DNA of 56,283 nt from a virus. Lineage: Duplodnaviria > Caudoviricetes. The stretch's first letter is position 1, and each line of letters opens with the position of its first letter. The translations under genes were made by a program, and so were the position numbers. The stretch is from positions 1 to 56,283 of IMG/VR virus record IMGVR_UViG_3300038825_000737. One strand, given 5' to 3'. Below are positions 1-9,829 of the stretch, one piece after another. Under the pieces are notes generated by a model, which made no database searches, was not told the origin of the DNA, and was given only the letters and a program-made list of their open reading frames with translations.

Positions 1-1
1 A

Positions 2-691
2 TTTACAGGAGCACCATCAAGTAACTCAGGTAATAACATTTTTGTGTACTACTTGTTTAGAACAGTGGGTACAGTAAGCCATCCAAGTAATAATGCGTTA
101 CAGGCAACGAGTGGTACATTTACGGGTAATGTAATCATACCTAATGCAGGTAATATTGGTAGTGCAAGTGATACAGATGCCATATCTATATCAAGTGGTG
201 GTGTTGTTACTTTTAGTCAAAATCCCGTTGGTGCATTTATTTCTGAAGCTGATATGTTTAGATTAACTGCTAATAGTGGTGCTGCAGACCCAGTATCATC
301 TAATTTAGAAAGAGTTGATGATGCTTCATTTTCCAAAATAGGCACTGGAATGTCTCTTAATAGTGGTATATTTAGTTTTCCAAGAACTGGACTATATTTA
401 GTAAGAGTAAATGCTACTGGTCAAGCCATTAATAGTGATAATATAGAGATAGATATATATGCTACTCAAAATAATTCCTCTTATGACTTGATTGCAATAT
501 CTGTTGGTAGTGGAGATGATGCTGTAGGAACTACAAGTATTTCTGCTGAATCATTTGTCAATGTAACAGATACCTCTAATGTAAAAGTAAAGTTTGGTTT
601 TTCAAGTATTAGTAGTGGAAGTGCAATACAAGGTGTAACAGACTACAATGTAACTTCTTTTCAATTTATAAGATTAGGAGAAAGTCAATGA
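2..691 (+). CDS. Tail fibre/spike protein, cassette gene A copy 2 (5'-truncated), C1q-like C-terminal domain
   Basis: Frame is open from position 2; first ~100 nt nearly identical to 54257-54355; C-terminal GIFSFPRTGLYLV motif. Confidence 0.7.
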   Translation, partial: FTGAPSSNSGNNIFVYYLFRTVGTVSHPSNNALQATSGTFTGNVIIPNAGNIGSASDTDAISISSGGVVTFSQNPVGAFISEADMFRLTANSGAADPVSSNLERVDDASFSKIGTGMSLNSGIFSFPRTGLYLVRVNATGQAINSDNIEIDIYATQNNSSYDLIAISVGSGDDAVGTTSISAESFVNVTDTSNVKVKFGFSSISSGSAIQGVTDYNVTSFQFIRLGESQ

Positions 692-987
692 TGAAAAAAG
701 ACTATTTTCAATTAGCCTTACATACTTTTAATGGTGGTAATTGGTATGGTTGGAAAAAAGAAGATGATGATGGTAACAAGATACCTAATAGTGAACGGAT
801 GCAATATAAATATATTGAGATTATAAAAGAGGGTGCAACTATGCCAAGTGAAGCAGATATAAATGCAAAGATACAAGAATTTAAAGATGCAGATACTGCA
901 AAAGTAAATGCTAAAATATCAGGTAAGAAAAAACTGAAAGACTTAGGTTTATCTGATGATGAAATAAATGCATTGATAAGAGGATAA
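688..987 (+). CDS. Small tail-fibre partner/assembly protein (cassette gene B copy 2)
   Basis: Overlaps the stop of the upstream fibre gene; ~99 aa; same position as 55044-55343. Confidence 0.55.
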   Translation: MMKKDYFQLALHTFNGGNWYGWKKEDDDGNKIPNSERMQYKYIEIIKEGATMPSEADINAKIQEFKDADTAKVNAKISGKKKLKDLGLSDDEINALIRG

Positions 988-990
988 ATA

Positions 991-1557
991 ATGGCATTAA
1001 CAAAAGTAATAGGAGCAGGTGCAGAGGGTTTAACCTTATCAAGCACTAGTCTTACAATAGCAAATGGTTTGACCCTTACTGATGGTGATGTAACTTTAGC
1101 ATCAGGTCATGGATTAAATTTTGCTGCGACTGGAGATAGTGGTGGCAGTATGGCATCAGAGCTTTTCCATGACTATGAAGAGGGAAGTTGGACACCAACA
1201 GTACCTACTGCTACTGGCTATTCAAATCAAACTGGTCGCTACACAAAGATTGGTAGAATTGTACATTTAATGTTCAACATACAAACATCATCCACTTCTG
1301 CTGCAACTAACGAATTACAAGGACTTCCATTTGCTTCAGCTAATACTGGTCAATCAAATGGTGCAGTCAGTATAGGTTATTATTCAAATCTTAGCACATC
1401 ATTTACTTGGATATCAGGATATTTACCAAATAATTCAAGTGTAGTTTATTTTAGTGGTAATAGTGCAAATAATGCAACCATACAACATAATTCTGTAAAT
1501 GTTTTTGCAGGTACTTCAAGAATATTAGGAACAATAATATATCAGACAGCAGATTAG
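991..1557 (+). CDS. Tail fibre-like protein (cassette gene C copy 2)
   Basis: MALTKVIGAG start, HDYEEGSWTP and GRYTKIG motifs shared with 55353-55892. Confidence 0.7.
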   Translation: MALTKVIGAGAEGLTLSSTSLTIANGLTLTDGDVTLASGHGLNFAATGDSGGSMASELFHDYEEGSWTPTVPTATGYSNQTGRYTKIGRIVHLMFNIQTSSTSAATNELQGLPFASANTGQSNGAVSIGYYSNLSTSFTWISGYLPNNSSVVYFSGNSANNATIQHNSVNVFAGTSRILGTIIYQTAD

Positions 1558-1567
1558 GAGTTTTAAA

Positions 1568-1858
1568 ATGGCAATAACAAAAGAATCACAACTACCAAAA
1601 ATAGAAGTTGTGAACGAATGGAACATACAAGTTGTAACAGATACTGTTATAAAAGAAAATGGCACTGAAATTAGTAGGTCAAGACATCGCCATGTATTAG
1701 TACCTTTTACGTCATCAAGAAATGAAGATGATACATGGACACATACTGATACAGATATAAGTGGAGAAGCAACTAGTGTTCAAGCGATTGCAAATGCTGC
1801 ATGGACAGAAGATGTAAAGACTGCGTATAAGACGTGGAAAGAATCACAAGAGGTATAA
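1568..1858 (+). CDS. Small tail-associated protein (cassette gene D copy 2)
   Basis: Paralog of 55902-56153 (KIEV, GTEISRS, RHV, VQAI motifs); AGGAG RBS. Confidence 0.65.
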   Translation: MAITKESQLPKIEVVNEWNIQVVTDTVIKENGTEISRSRHRHVLVPFTSSRNEDDTWTHTDTDISGEATSVQAIANAAWTEDVKTAYKTWKESQEV

Positions 1859-1861
1859 ACA

Positions 1862-3808
1862 ATGGCATATATAGGAGTCAGTCCATCTAACGGAGTTCGT
1901 AGGGTTCACACCTACACTGCCACAGCATCGCAGACCACATTCAGTGGTGCAGGTGCAGAGGGTACATCTTTAAGTTACAAAGACAGTAACTTCGTAGATG
2001 TGTACCAAAATGGTATCAAGTTAGGTGACGCAGACTATACATCAACAAGTGGTACATCAATCGTACTCGCACAAGGAGCATCCGTAGATGACCTCGTAGT
2101 GGTCGTGGTATTTGATGTATTCTCGGTAGCAGACACTGTAAGTAAAGCAGATGGTGGTACGTTTGATGGTATAATAAGCACAAGCTCTGCAGGAACAAAC
2201 AATTTAAGAATAGGTGCTAATGCAGGTGATGCCATAGCAAGTGGTGGTAATTATAATGTGGTTCTTGGAGATGAAGCAGGAACAGCAATAACTACAGGAG
2301 ACAACAACGTAGCAGTGGGTTACAATGCTCTTGCAACAAATACTACAGCATCTACCAATACAGCAGTGGGTTATCAAGCAGCGTATAGCAATCAAACTGG
2401 TGTAGGTCTCACTGCATTTGGTGCTAATGCTTTGTACTCTACAACTGCAAGTGATAACTGTGGTATTGGAACAGATAATCCCGGAAACTATGCCGCTGCG
2501 TTAGAGAATAATACTACTGGTCGTTTTAATACTGCTGTTGCTACAGGTGCTTTAGGTTCAAATACTGAAGGAAATTATAACACAGCAGTTGGACACAGTG
2601 CAGGTGGTTCTGTTACTACTGGAGACAACAATGTAGCAGTAGGATTTGAAGCACTAACAACTGAAGATACTGGACAAAACAATGTAGCTATTGGATATCG
2701 TGCTATGAAAGTAGCAAATTATGATGGTGCAGGAAACAATGTAGCTGTCGGTGCTGATGCAGGATTATCAATGACTACAGGTATTTTTAATACGTTTGTT
2801 GGAGCTTTTGCAGGAGATGCTCACACTGTAGGATATAACAATGTAGCAATAGGTACTAATGCTTTAGGTGCTGATGTTTCTAGTAGAGGAACTATTGCAA
2901 TAGGTGCTGCAGCTTTATCTAGTCAAAATACGACAAATACAGATGCTTACAATGTAGCAGTAGGATTTGGTGCAGGAGCAGACCTTACAACTGGTGAAAG
3001 AAATGTATTGCTTGGTGCTATTGCAGGAGAAGAAATAACTGATGCAGATGATTGTGTCGGAATAGGTTTTAGGTCTTGTGGTGGTAATGCAGGTTCAGCA
3101 ACAACTGGACATGATAATATTTGCATAGGCACAGATTCAGGAGAAGCGTTAACATCAGGAAATAAAAATTGTTTCATGGGAAAAGGTGCAGGAAATGTTT
3201 ATACTACAGGCTATCAAAATATATGTGTAGGACATGGTTCAGATGGTAGTGCTGCTGATAGATACTTAGAATACGTTATTGGTGTTGATTGTACTTCGGC
3301 AGGATATGATGGTCTTATTACGATTGGTGTAAGTAATGGTTCTGATAGAATTTATAATAATTTTAAGAGTAATGCTACTTGGACAAGAGTTTCTGATGAA
3401 AGATATAAAAAAGATATAACCGACAACACAGATTGTGGTTTAGATTTTATAAATGATTTAAGACCAAGAACATTTAAATGGAAACCTTTAGCAGATGTAG
3501 ATGAAACATTACCTGATTATGACCCTACCAAAACCACTCATAGTTACCCAAATAAACATTATGGATTAATTGCACAAGAAGTTAAAGCAACTCTTGAAGC
3601 ACATAATATAACAGATTTTGGTGGACATGATGTAATTGAAGATAGTGGTATTCAAGCCATATCAGAGCAAATGTTTGTACACCCACTAATAAAAGCAGTT
3701 CAAGAATTATCAGCTAAAGTAACTGCACTTGAAACAGAAAATGCAACACAAGCAACACAGATTGCTGATTTGATTAGCAGAGTGACAGCATTGGAGAACG
3801 CAGAATGA
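1862..3808 (+). CDS. Tail fibre with Gly/Asn-rich beta repeats and C-terminal intramolecular chaperone (peptidase S74-like); cassette gene E
   Basis: MAYIG start, many GxxNVAVG repeats, SDERYKKDI...GLIAQEV followed by a terminal coiled coil. Confidence 0.85.
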   Translation: MAYIGVSPSNGVRRVHTYTATASQTTFSGAGAEGTSLSYKDSNFVDVYQNGIKLGDADYTSTSGTSIVLAQGASVDDLVVVVVFDVFSVADTVSKADGGTFDGIISTSSAGTNNLRIGANAGDAIASGGNYNVVLGDEAGTAITTGDNNVAVGYNALATNTTASTNTAVGYQAAYSNQTGVGLTAFGANALYSTTASDNCGIGTDNPGNYAAALENNTTGRFNTAVATGALGSNTEGNYNTAVGHSAGGSVTTGDNNVAVGFEALTTEDTGQNNVAIGYRAMKVANYDGAGNNVAVGADAGLSMTTGIFNTFVGAFAGDAHTVGYNNVAIGTNALGADVSSRGTIAIGAAALSSQNTTNTDAYNVAVGFGAGADLTTGERNVLLGAIAGEEITDADDCVGIGFRSCGGNAGSATTGHDNICIGTDSGEALTSGNKNCFMGKGAGNVYTTGYQNICVGHGSDGSAADRYLEYVIGVDCTSAGYDGLITIGVSNGSDRIYNNFKSNATWTRVSDERYKKDITDNTDCGLDFINDLRPRTFKWKPLADVDETLPDYDPTKTTHSYPNKHYGLIAQEVKATLEAHNITDFGGHDVIEDSGIQAISEQMFVHPLIKAVQELSAKVTALETENATQATQIADLISRVTALENAE

Positions 3809-4905
3809 CCAAAGCAGCAGAATTAGCAAAGATGGGTGAAGTCATAACCAACGACCAAATAGGAGGTCGTAGAAACGTCATAATTAATGGAAGTCAACAG
3901 GTGTCACAAAGGGCAACCTCAGTAGCTGATGTCGGTGGTTCTCAAGGTTACTTTTGCACAGATAGATTTAAAAGTACACTTTCAGGAACTGCTGCAAGAT
4001 ATACTGTTTCTCAAGACTCTGATGCTCCTGCAGGTTTTAGTAAAGCCTTAAAATATGATGTAACTACTGCTGATACTTCCGTAGCTGCTGATGAGTTTCA
4101 TGCAATATCATATAGAGCAGAGGGTCAGGATATTTCTCATTTTGAATGGGGAACAAGTGATGCAAAGAAATGTACTTTTAGTTTTTATGCAAAAGCAACT
4201 ACTGCACAAACTGTTGTTGTAAATTTTGTTAGAGCAACAACAAGTGGTACTTCAAGAAGTGTGTCAAAAGCATTTAGTATAACAACTTCTTACCAAAGAT
4301 TTACTTTTACTTTACCTGCTGATACAGGTGGTGATGCACAAGTAGAAACTAATGCTGAAGGATTCGCAATACATATTGGATTAAATATGGGTAGCAACTT
4401 TACAAGTGGCACACTAAACGAAACATGGGCAAATTTTACAAATGCCAATAGATTTGTAGGTGTTGGAAATTTAGCATCTAGTACAGACAACAACTTTTTT
4501 ATCACAGGAATACAACTGGAAGTAGGCTCACAAGTCACACCATTTGAGCATAGGTCATTTGGGGAAGAACTAGCTTTGTGTCAGAGGTATTATCAGTTAT
4601 TTGGTTCAGGAACTAACAAGCCAATTTCCAATGCTTCGGCTTATAATGCTGGTCAGATGTCAGGAGTGATACCACTTCCAACTCCAATGAGAGCTACACC
4701 AACTATAGACGAAACAAGTGGTTCTAATTATTTTAGATATGTTTCTAATGCAACAAACTTTCATGTTAACGACCTTGACCTTGATATCTCTACTAATGAA
4801 CGAGTTATTTGGTACAAAGGAACTTCAGGTTTAACAGGTGGTAGTGCAGGTTGGATGCAGACAGCCGATGCAAGTTCTTATTTTGCTTTAACTTCTGAAT
4901 TATAG
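3805..4905 (+). CDS. Tail fibre/carbohydrate-binding-like virion protein
   Basis: RNVIING...TGIQLEVG...FEHRSFGEELALCQRYY pattern typical of phage tail proteins. Confidence 0.7.
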   Translation: MTKAAELAKMGEVITNDQIGGRRNVIINGSQQVSQRATSVADVGGSQGYFCTDRFKSTLSGTAARYTVSQDSDAPAGFSKALKYDVTTADTSVAADEFHAISYRAEGQDISHFEWGTSDAKKCTFSFYAKATTAQTVVVNFVRATTSGTSRSVSKAFSITTSYQRFTFTLPADTGGDAQVETNAEGFAIHIGLNMGSNFTSGTLNETWANFTNANRFVGVGNLASSTDNNFFITGIQLEVGSQVTPFEHRSFGEELALCQRYYQLFGSGTNKPISNASAYNAGQMSGVIPLPTPMRATPTIDETSGSNYFRYVSNATNFHVNDLDLDISTNERVIWYKGTSGLTGGSAGWMQTADASSYFALTSEL

Positions 4906-4914
4906 AGGTAATAA

Positions 4915-5091
4915 ATGATAAATACAGTTAAAAAAAATACTAGTCCAATTACAGGACAATTATGTAGTTATAGGGTTACACAAACCAATTCTGACATAAT
5001 TAAATCTGTACCACTAGACCCTGCCAACACAGACTACCAAGCAATCCAAGAATGGGTAGCTGAAGGCAATACAATACAAGAAGCAGACTAA
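4915..5091 (+). CDS. Small tail-fibre partner protein, 58 aa (not in ORF track)
   Basis: GAGG RBS; C-terminal PLDPANTDYQAIQEWVAEGNTIQEAD motif commonly seen after phage fibre genes. Confidence 0.7.
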   Translation: MINTVKKNTSPITGQLCSYRVTQTNSDIIKSVPLDPANTDYQAIQEWVAEGNTIQEAD

Positions 5092-5093
5092 TC

Positions 5094-5327
5094 ATGGAAA
5101 TTGACGCAATGTTATTTTGGAACATAATCCTGACTATGGTCGTTGTACCCTTCGGTTGGGCATTTAACAAGATGTTCCAAGAGGTCAAGCGTATACAGAT
5201 ACTCCTTAACAAGACACGAGAAGAGTATGCACGTAAGGATGACGTTAAGGATGATGTCCACGAGATAATGGATGCGATGAGAAGATTAGAAGATAAGTTA
5301 GACAAGATATTGATGGGAACTAAATAA
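5094..5327 (+). CDS. Small protein with N-terminal transmembrane helix and coiled coil
   Basis: Hydrophobic residues ~6-25, then heptad pattern; stop overlaps the next start. Confidence 0.6.
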   Translation: MEIDAMLFWNIILTMVVVPFGWAFNKMFQEVKRIQILLNKTREEYARKDDVKDDVHEIMDAMRRLEDKLDKILMGTK

Positions 5328-6661
5328 TGGCAGTCATACGTACAGACGAACAATTAGAAACGGAAATCGGTAAACTAGCAAGTGGACAACAGGGTGGAGT
5401 TCCTCAAGTAACTGCATCAACTCAAGATGTTTCTGATACTACCATTCAAGGCACACAAGACACTATGCTCGGCACAGCACCTGTTGCATCGACAACCGTT
5501 GCAGTTCCTGAAAATATAAGACCTGACGCACCAACAGCAACAGTAGGTGCAGGACAACTTACACAACCACAAGCAACCATACAACCACAAATAGGAACTA
5601 TGGACACTGCACAAATAGCAGAAAGAACCTATGTGGGTGACATACAAGGAACAGTTAGTCAAGGGTCTATAGCAACAGCACCGACACAAGAGCTTGATGA
5701 AAAAGCAACCACAAGATTCCAACTAAAAGAATTACTTTCTAGTCTAGACGAAGGCACTGATGTACCTGCTTGGGCATCCCCTGCAGTCAGAAAAGTAACA
5801 GCTATCATGCAAGCGAGAGGACTTGGCTCATCAAGTATGGCTGCAGCGGCAATGACACAGGCTGTGTTGGAATCAGGAACAGTGATTGCAACTCAAGATG
5901 CGAACAAGTATGCCACTATACAATTACAAAATTTATCAGGACAACAAAAGGTCTCATTACAAAACGCACTGACTTATGCAGCTATGGACAAAGCTAATCT
6001 ATCTGCAAGATTACAAGGTGCAGTAACAAACGCACAGTCTTTACTAACAGTAGATGTAAAAAACCTTGATTCTCAACAAAAAACAAACACAATAAACTTC
6101 AATGCTTTGACTCAAGCGTTATTTAAAGATTCTGCTGAAACAAATGCAAGACAACAATTCAATGCAAAAAATCAGTTACAGGTTGATCAATTCTTTTCTG
6201 AACTTGAAGCACAAGTTGAAACAGCAAACGCTAACAGAGTATCAGCACTCGCACAGTTTAACGCAGGTGAAGCTAACGCACAGACACAATACAACACAAC
6301 GTTACAAGATGCACGGGATAAATTCAATGCAAACATGCAATATGCAATAGATCAATCAAACGTGCAGTGGAGACGACAAGTAAACACAGCCAACACAGCG
6401 TTACAAAATGAAACAAACAGATTAAACGTGCAAAATTTGTACAATGCAAATCAAAATTCACTCAATAATCTCTGGCAAAAGTACAGAGACAATGCTTCTT
6501 GGAATTTTCAAAAGTCAGAGTCATACTTGCAAAGACAACACGAGATTGGTATAATGGCTATGGAGTTTGCAAATTCTAAAGAGATTTACGATAAACAACA
6601 AAAAGATAATCTGGCTGCAGGTGTAGGAAACTGGATCGCAGCGTGGATGGGAAGTAGTTAA
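5327..6661 (+). CDS. Putative internal virion/ejection protein
   Basis: Gln/Asn/Ala-rich helical protein located after the tail genes. Confidence 0.55.
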   Translation: MAVIRTDEQLETEIGKLASGQQGGVPQVTASTQDVSDTTIQGTQDTMLGTAPVASTTVAVPENIRPDAPTATVGAGQLTQPQATIQPQIGTMDTAQIAERTYVGDIQGTVSQGSIATAPTQELDEKATTRFQLKELLSSLDEGTDVPAWASPAVRKVTAIMQARGLGSSSMAAAAMTQAVLESGTVIATQDANKYATIQLQNLSGQQKVSLQNALTYAAMDKANLSARLQGAVTNAQSLLTVDVKNLDSQQKTNTINFNALTQALFKDSAETNARQQFNAKNQLQVDQFFSELEAQVETANANRVSALAQFNAGEANAQTQYNTTLQDARDKFNANMQYAIDQSNVQWRRQVNTANTALQNETNRLNVQNLYNANQNSLNNLWQKYRDNASWNFQKSESYLQRQHEIGIMAMEFANSKEIYDKQQKDNLAAGVGNWIAAWMGSS

Positions 6662-6663
6662 TA

Positions 6664-7125
6664 ATGAATTTAGGAACTATGGTTGCAATAGGTGCAACAC
6701 TTTTAGGTACATTTGGTGGTGGATCTGGGGAATCTGCAAGTACAAGTGGCAGTGGTGGAACTAGTGATGCTTTAGGTTTTATTAAAAAGGGAGCAAAAGC
6801 TTTTAATTTAATGAGACAGGGTGGATCAGGTTATGGTGACACACCTGCTCCGTTTGCAACAGATGTTGCTTTTAAAGATAGTGGCTCATACTATAAAAAA
6901 TTTGGCTCATCAAAAAGTGCATCTGTATCAACACCCCAGTTTTCTCCGTACAGAACTCAAAATGTAGACGTAAATTCAGCAATAACAAACTTGTATGCTA
7001 ACGCACAAAATCAACAGATGAGACAGCTTTTAGCACAATATGGTGGGCCAGTGCCAACCACGTTGCAACAAGGTAGAAAAACACAAGCTTTAGAACAAGC
7101 ATCATTAGGCACAATAAACGTATAG
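6664..7125 (+). CDS. Putative ejection protein
   Basis: Hydrophobic Gly-rich N-terminus; position in the operon. Confidence 0.45.
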   Translation: MNLGTMVAIGATLLGTFGGGSGESASTSGSGGTSDALGFIKKGAKAFNLMRQGGSGYGDTPAPFATDVAFKDSGSYYKKFGSSKSASVSTPQFSPYRTQNVDVNSAITNLYANAQNQQMRQLLAQYGGPVPTTLQQGRKTQALEQASLGTINV

Positions 7126-7134
7126 AGGTGTAAC

Positions 7135-7677
7135 ATGGAAAATATGCCTGCAAAAGGGTCTATAGAAGCCAAAGATCCGTTTGCTTCTGCACCCCCCGGA
7201 CATTCACTTACAGAAGATATATCTAAATGGGCATGGGGTAAACCACCACAAGATGTAGATCCTGAAGTTGTACTACAAAAAGCTGTAAACTCTTTGAAAC
7301 AACCGATGGTAAAAGAAGAAATGATGAAGCTTCTTATAGTCGGTGTATCTGTTGAAGTAATGGTGGAAGGATACATACTACAAGGATTTCAAGACGGCAG
7401 GTTTAATCCTGACGTAGGGTTATTAATTAAAGGTCCTTTATCCTTGTACATAGCCAACATGGCTGAAGAAGAAGGTATACCATACAGGTTGTTTGAAAAC
7501 GCAGATGCTCTAGAAGAGGGTAAGATGGATGACAAAACGTTCTTCAGAATGATGCAACAAAACAACCCAGAGATGTTTACTTACGTTAGGGAGACTATTA
7601 ACGCAGGTATTAGAAAAGGTTTATCACCTTCTGCACCAGACGAAGAAAGTTTTATAGAAAAGAAGGAAACTAAATAA
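7135..7677 (+). CDS. Hypothetical virion-associated protein
   Basis: GAGGTG RBS; coupled to the next gene. Confidence 0.55.
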   Translation: MENMPAKGSIEAKDPFASAPPGHSLTEDISKWAWGKPPQDVDPEVVLQKAVNSLKQPMVKEEMMKLLIVGVSVEVMVEGYILQGFQDGRFNPDVGLLIKGPLSLYIANMAEEEGIPYRLFENADALEEGKMDDKTFFRMMQQNNPEMFTYVRETINAGIRKGLSPSAPDEESFIEKKETK

Positions 7678-9827
7678 TGGGTTTTGCATCAGCATTTGCA
7701 TCAGGTCTTGTCAAAGGTTTTCATCAAAACATTTTGAACGAACAGAAAGCACGAGCCAAAGACGAAGAAAAACTGGATGGCTACAGACAACTTCTAATGA
7801 AGTCTGTGTTGTCAGGTGATGACGTTAACACAAGTGCTATCAATGCTGTGAAAGACATGATTAAGTCTGGCGAGAAGCAATTAGAAGATAGAGAAGGCAT
7901 AGATATATTTGGTCGACCGAGTGAAAGACTCAAGATTGATATGTTGGATATGGCAGGATTTGTAAACAACACGAATGATACTATAATGATAGGTAGTGTT
8001 GCATTTCCTAAACCTAAAAACTACGATGACAAAGCTGTGGTAGGTAAGCCGGGTGTAAGAGCATCCATGATTTTTGACAAATTGAATAGTTTAGGTAAAA
8101 ATAAAATACAAACTATGTTTTCTAATTCTGAAGATTTAATGGCTCTTAAAAACTTTTATGATGCTAACGTTTCTTTTTTCTTAAAAGATCAAGTGTTTGT
8201 AAAAGATCAAAAAGGCATTGTTTTACATAAAGGACCTAGTGAATTAATACCTGTACACAACTGGATGAAAACTTTAGTTCCTACAAAAAGTGATTATCAA
8301 AGTAAAGTAGAAACTTTAAAAGGTAAAAATATATTAGCTAACAGCGAGTTTTTATTACCAACAGGTTTTAAAGATGTTCTTGGAGACGCAGACGCTGTAA
8401 CAACCCCTGAAAAGTTAGGCTTAGATAATCAAGAATTAAAATCTTTGAGTGGTTTAGCAGAGTTACAGGGGTATACAGATTTAGGTGAGTTTATATACAC
8501 AAGTGCCAGTCTATATACAAAGCCTGCAGATTTTATTGAAGGCATAAATCACACTGCTGCACTTTTTAAAATGAACGCACATCAACCACGATCTATGCAA
8601 GAAAGAAGTGAGATAGGTAAATACTTAACCGACAATGGGTTTGGTGATGATCCCCTCAAAGCTGCATATATAATGTCACCTTTAGTTGTTAACAAGGCTG
8701 ATTTGGCAAGTATGGAATTAAAAAAATATGGCATGATTCCTAAAATGAATAAAGATAATTTTAATGAAAATTGGAAAAAACTAACAGGTAAAACACTTGA
8801 TAAATTTGATGAAATATACAAAGCAACAGGTGAAGCAGAAGCAAAGTTAATTAGGTTTAATAAACTTTTATCACAAGCAACTTTAAAACCTGAAAATTTT
8901 GTAACAGAAACTTTTAAATTTGTCAGATCTATATTTGGAGAAACAGGTACAATAGATCAAATCTTAGGTTTGATAAAAGGTGTAGATGACACAAATAGAT
9001 CAGCTATAAAAGAAAGATTAACTACTGAATTCGCAAATTACGATCAAACTACGGATCAAGGTAAATTACTGGCACAATTAGCTGTTTTAAAATATACAAT
9101 CGCTGCTGATTTAGCTAGAGCCGAAGATGATCAGGGAAGATTGTCAGATCAAGATTTACAACGTAACTTAAATAAACTGGGTACATTTGGATTTGGTACG
9201 TTAGAGGATGCTAGAACATCAGCCAAAGAAGTTCTTTTTGATGTACAAAGAAGGTTGAAAAACTTAGATGTAATTAATGAAGTTAGAACTAGAAGTGAAA
9301 GTTCTAGATTTGTAAATTTAGCTGACAGAAAGCTTTTACAGGGCGATAGAATGGCTAGAAACTCAATATTACAATACAAGAGAGATAACCCTGATTTAGC
9401 TAAAATGGCAGAAGTAGCTTCAGGAATAAACTACGATGATCTATTTGACGAAGAAAAGTATGAAGTTGATTTAGATTTAAAAGGTAAAGAGGGTGGAGTT
9501 GTTTATCAAAATAAACAAACAGGTAATTATATAGTAGCTGACCCTAGCACTAAAAAAGTTTTAAAAGTTTTAACTAATGAAAATCAATACTTTGAACACG
9601 TAGAGATGAAATCCATGTCAGACCTTGAACCTGAAATAGATTCAGGAGGAGAGGTAACATCTACAACACCATCGCCATCACCTAATTTACCTAGTCAAAT
9701 AGAAATACAAAATCAAAATCAAATCGTAACAGATAATGATGGCAATCAGACAGTTAATGGTCGCAAGGGTAGATTAGAAGTACAGGGTCAACCACCCAAT
9801 GAAAAATTAATTTTTATATTTGAGTAA
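7677..9827 (+). CDS. Putative internal virion/ejection protein
   Basis: 716 aa; MGFASAFASG amphipathic start; position. Confidence 0.55.
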   Translation: MGFASAFASGLVKGFHQNILNEQKARAKDEEKLDGYRQLLMKSVLSGDDVNTSAINAVKDMIKSGEKQLEDREGIDIFGRPSERLKIDMLDMAGFVNNTNDTIMIGSVAFPKPKNYDDKAVVGKPGVRASMIFDKLNSLGKNKIQTMFSNSEDLMALKNFYDANVSFFLKDQVFVKDQKGIVLHKGPSELIPVHNWMKTLVPTKSDYQSKVETLKGKNILANSEFLLPTGFKDVLGDADAVTTPEKLGLDNQELKSLSGLAELQGYTDLGEFIYTSASLYTKPADFIEGINHTAALFKMNAHQPRSMQERSEIGKYLTDNGFGDDPLKAAYIMSPLVVNKADLASMELKKYGMIPKMNKDNFNENWKKLTGKTLDKFDEIYKATGEAEAKLIRFNKLLSQATLKPENFVTETFKFVRSIFGETGTIDQILGLIKGVDDTNRSAIKERLTTEFANYDQTTDQGKLLAQLAVLKYTIAADLARAEDDQGRLSDQDLQRNLNKLGTFGFGTLEDARTSAKEVLFDVQRRLKNLDVINEVRTRSESSRFVNLADRKLLQGDRMARNSILQYKRDNPDLAKMAEVASGINYDDLFDEEKYEVDLDLKGKEGGVVYQNKQTGNYIVADPSTKKVLKVLTNENQYFEHVEMKSMSDLEPEIDSGGEVTSTTPSPSPNLPSQIEIQNQNQIVTDNDGNQTVNGRKGRLEVQGQPPNEKLIFIFE

Positions 9828-9829
9828 TC

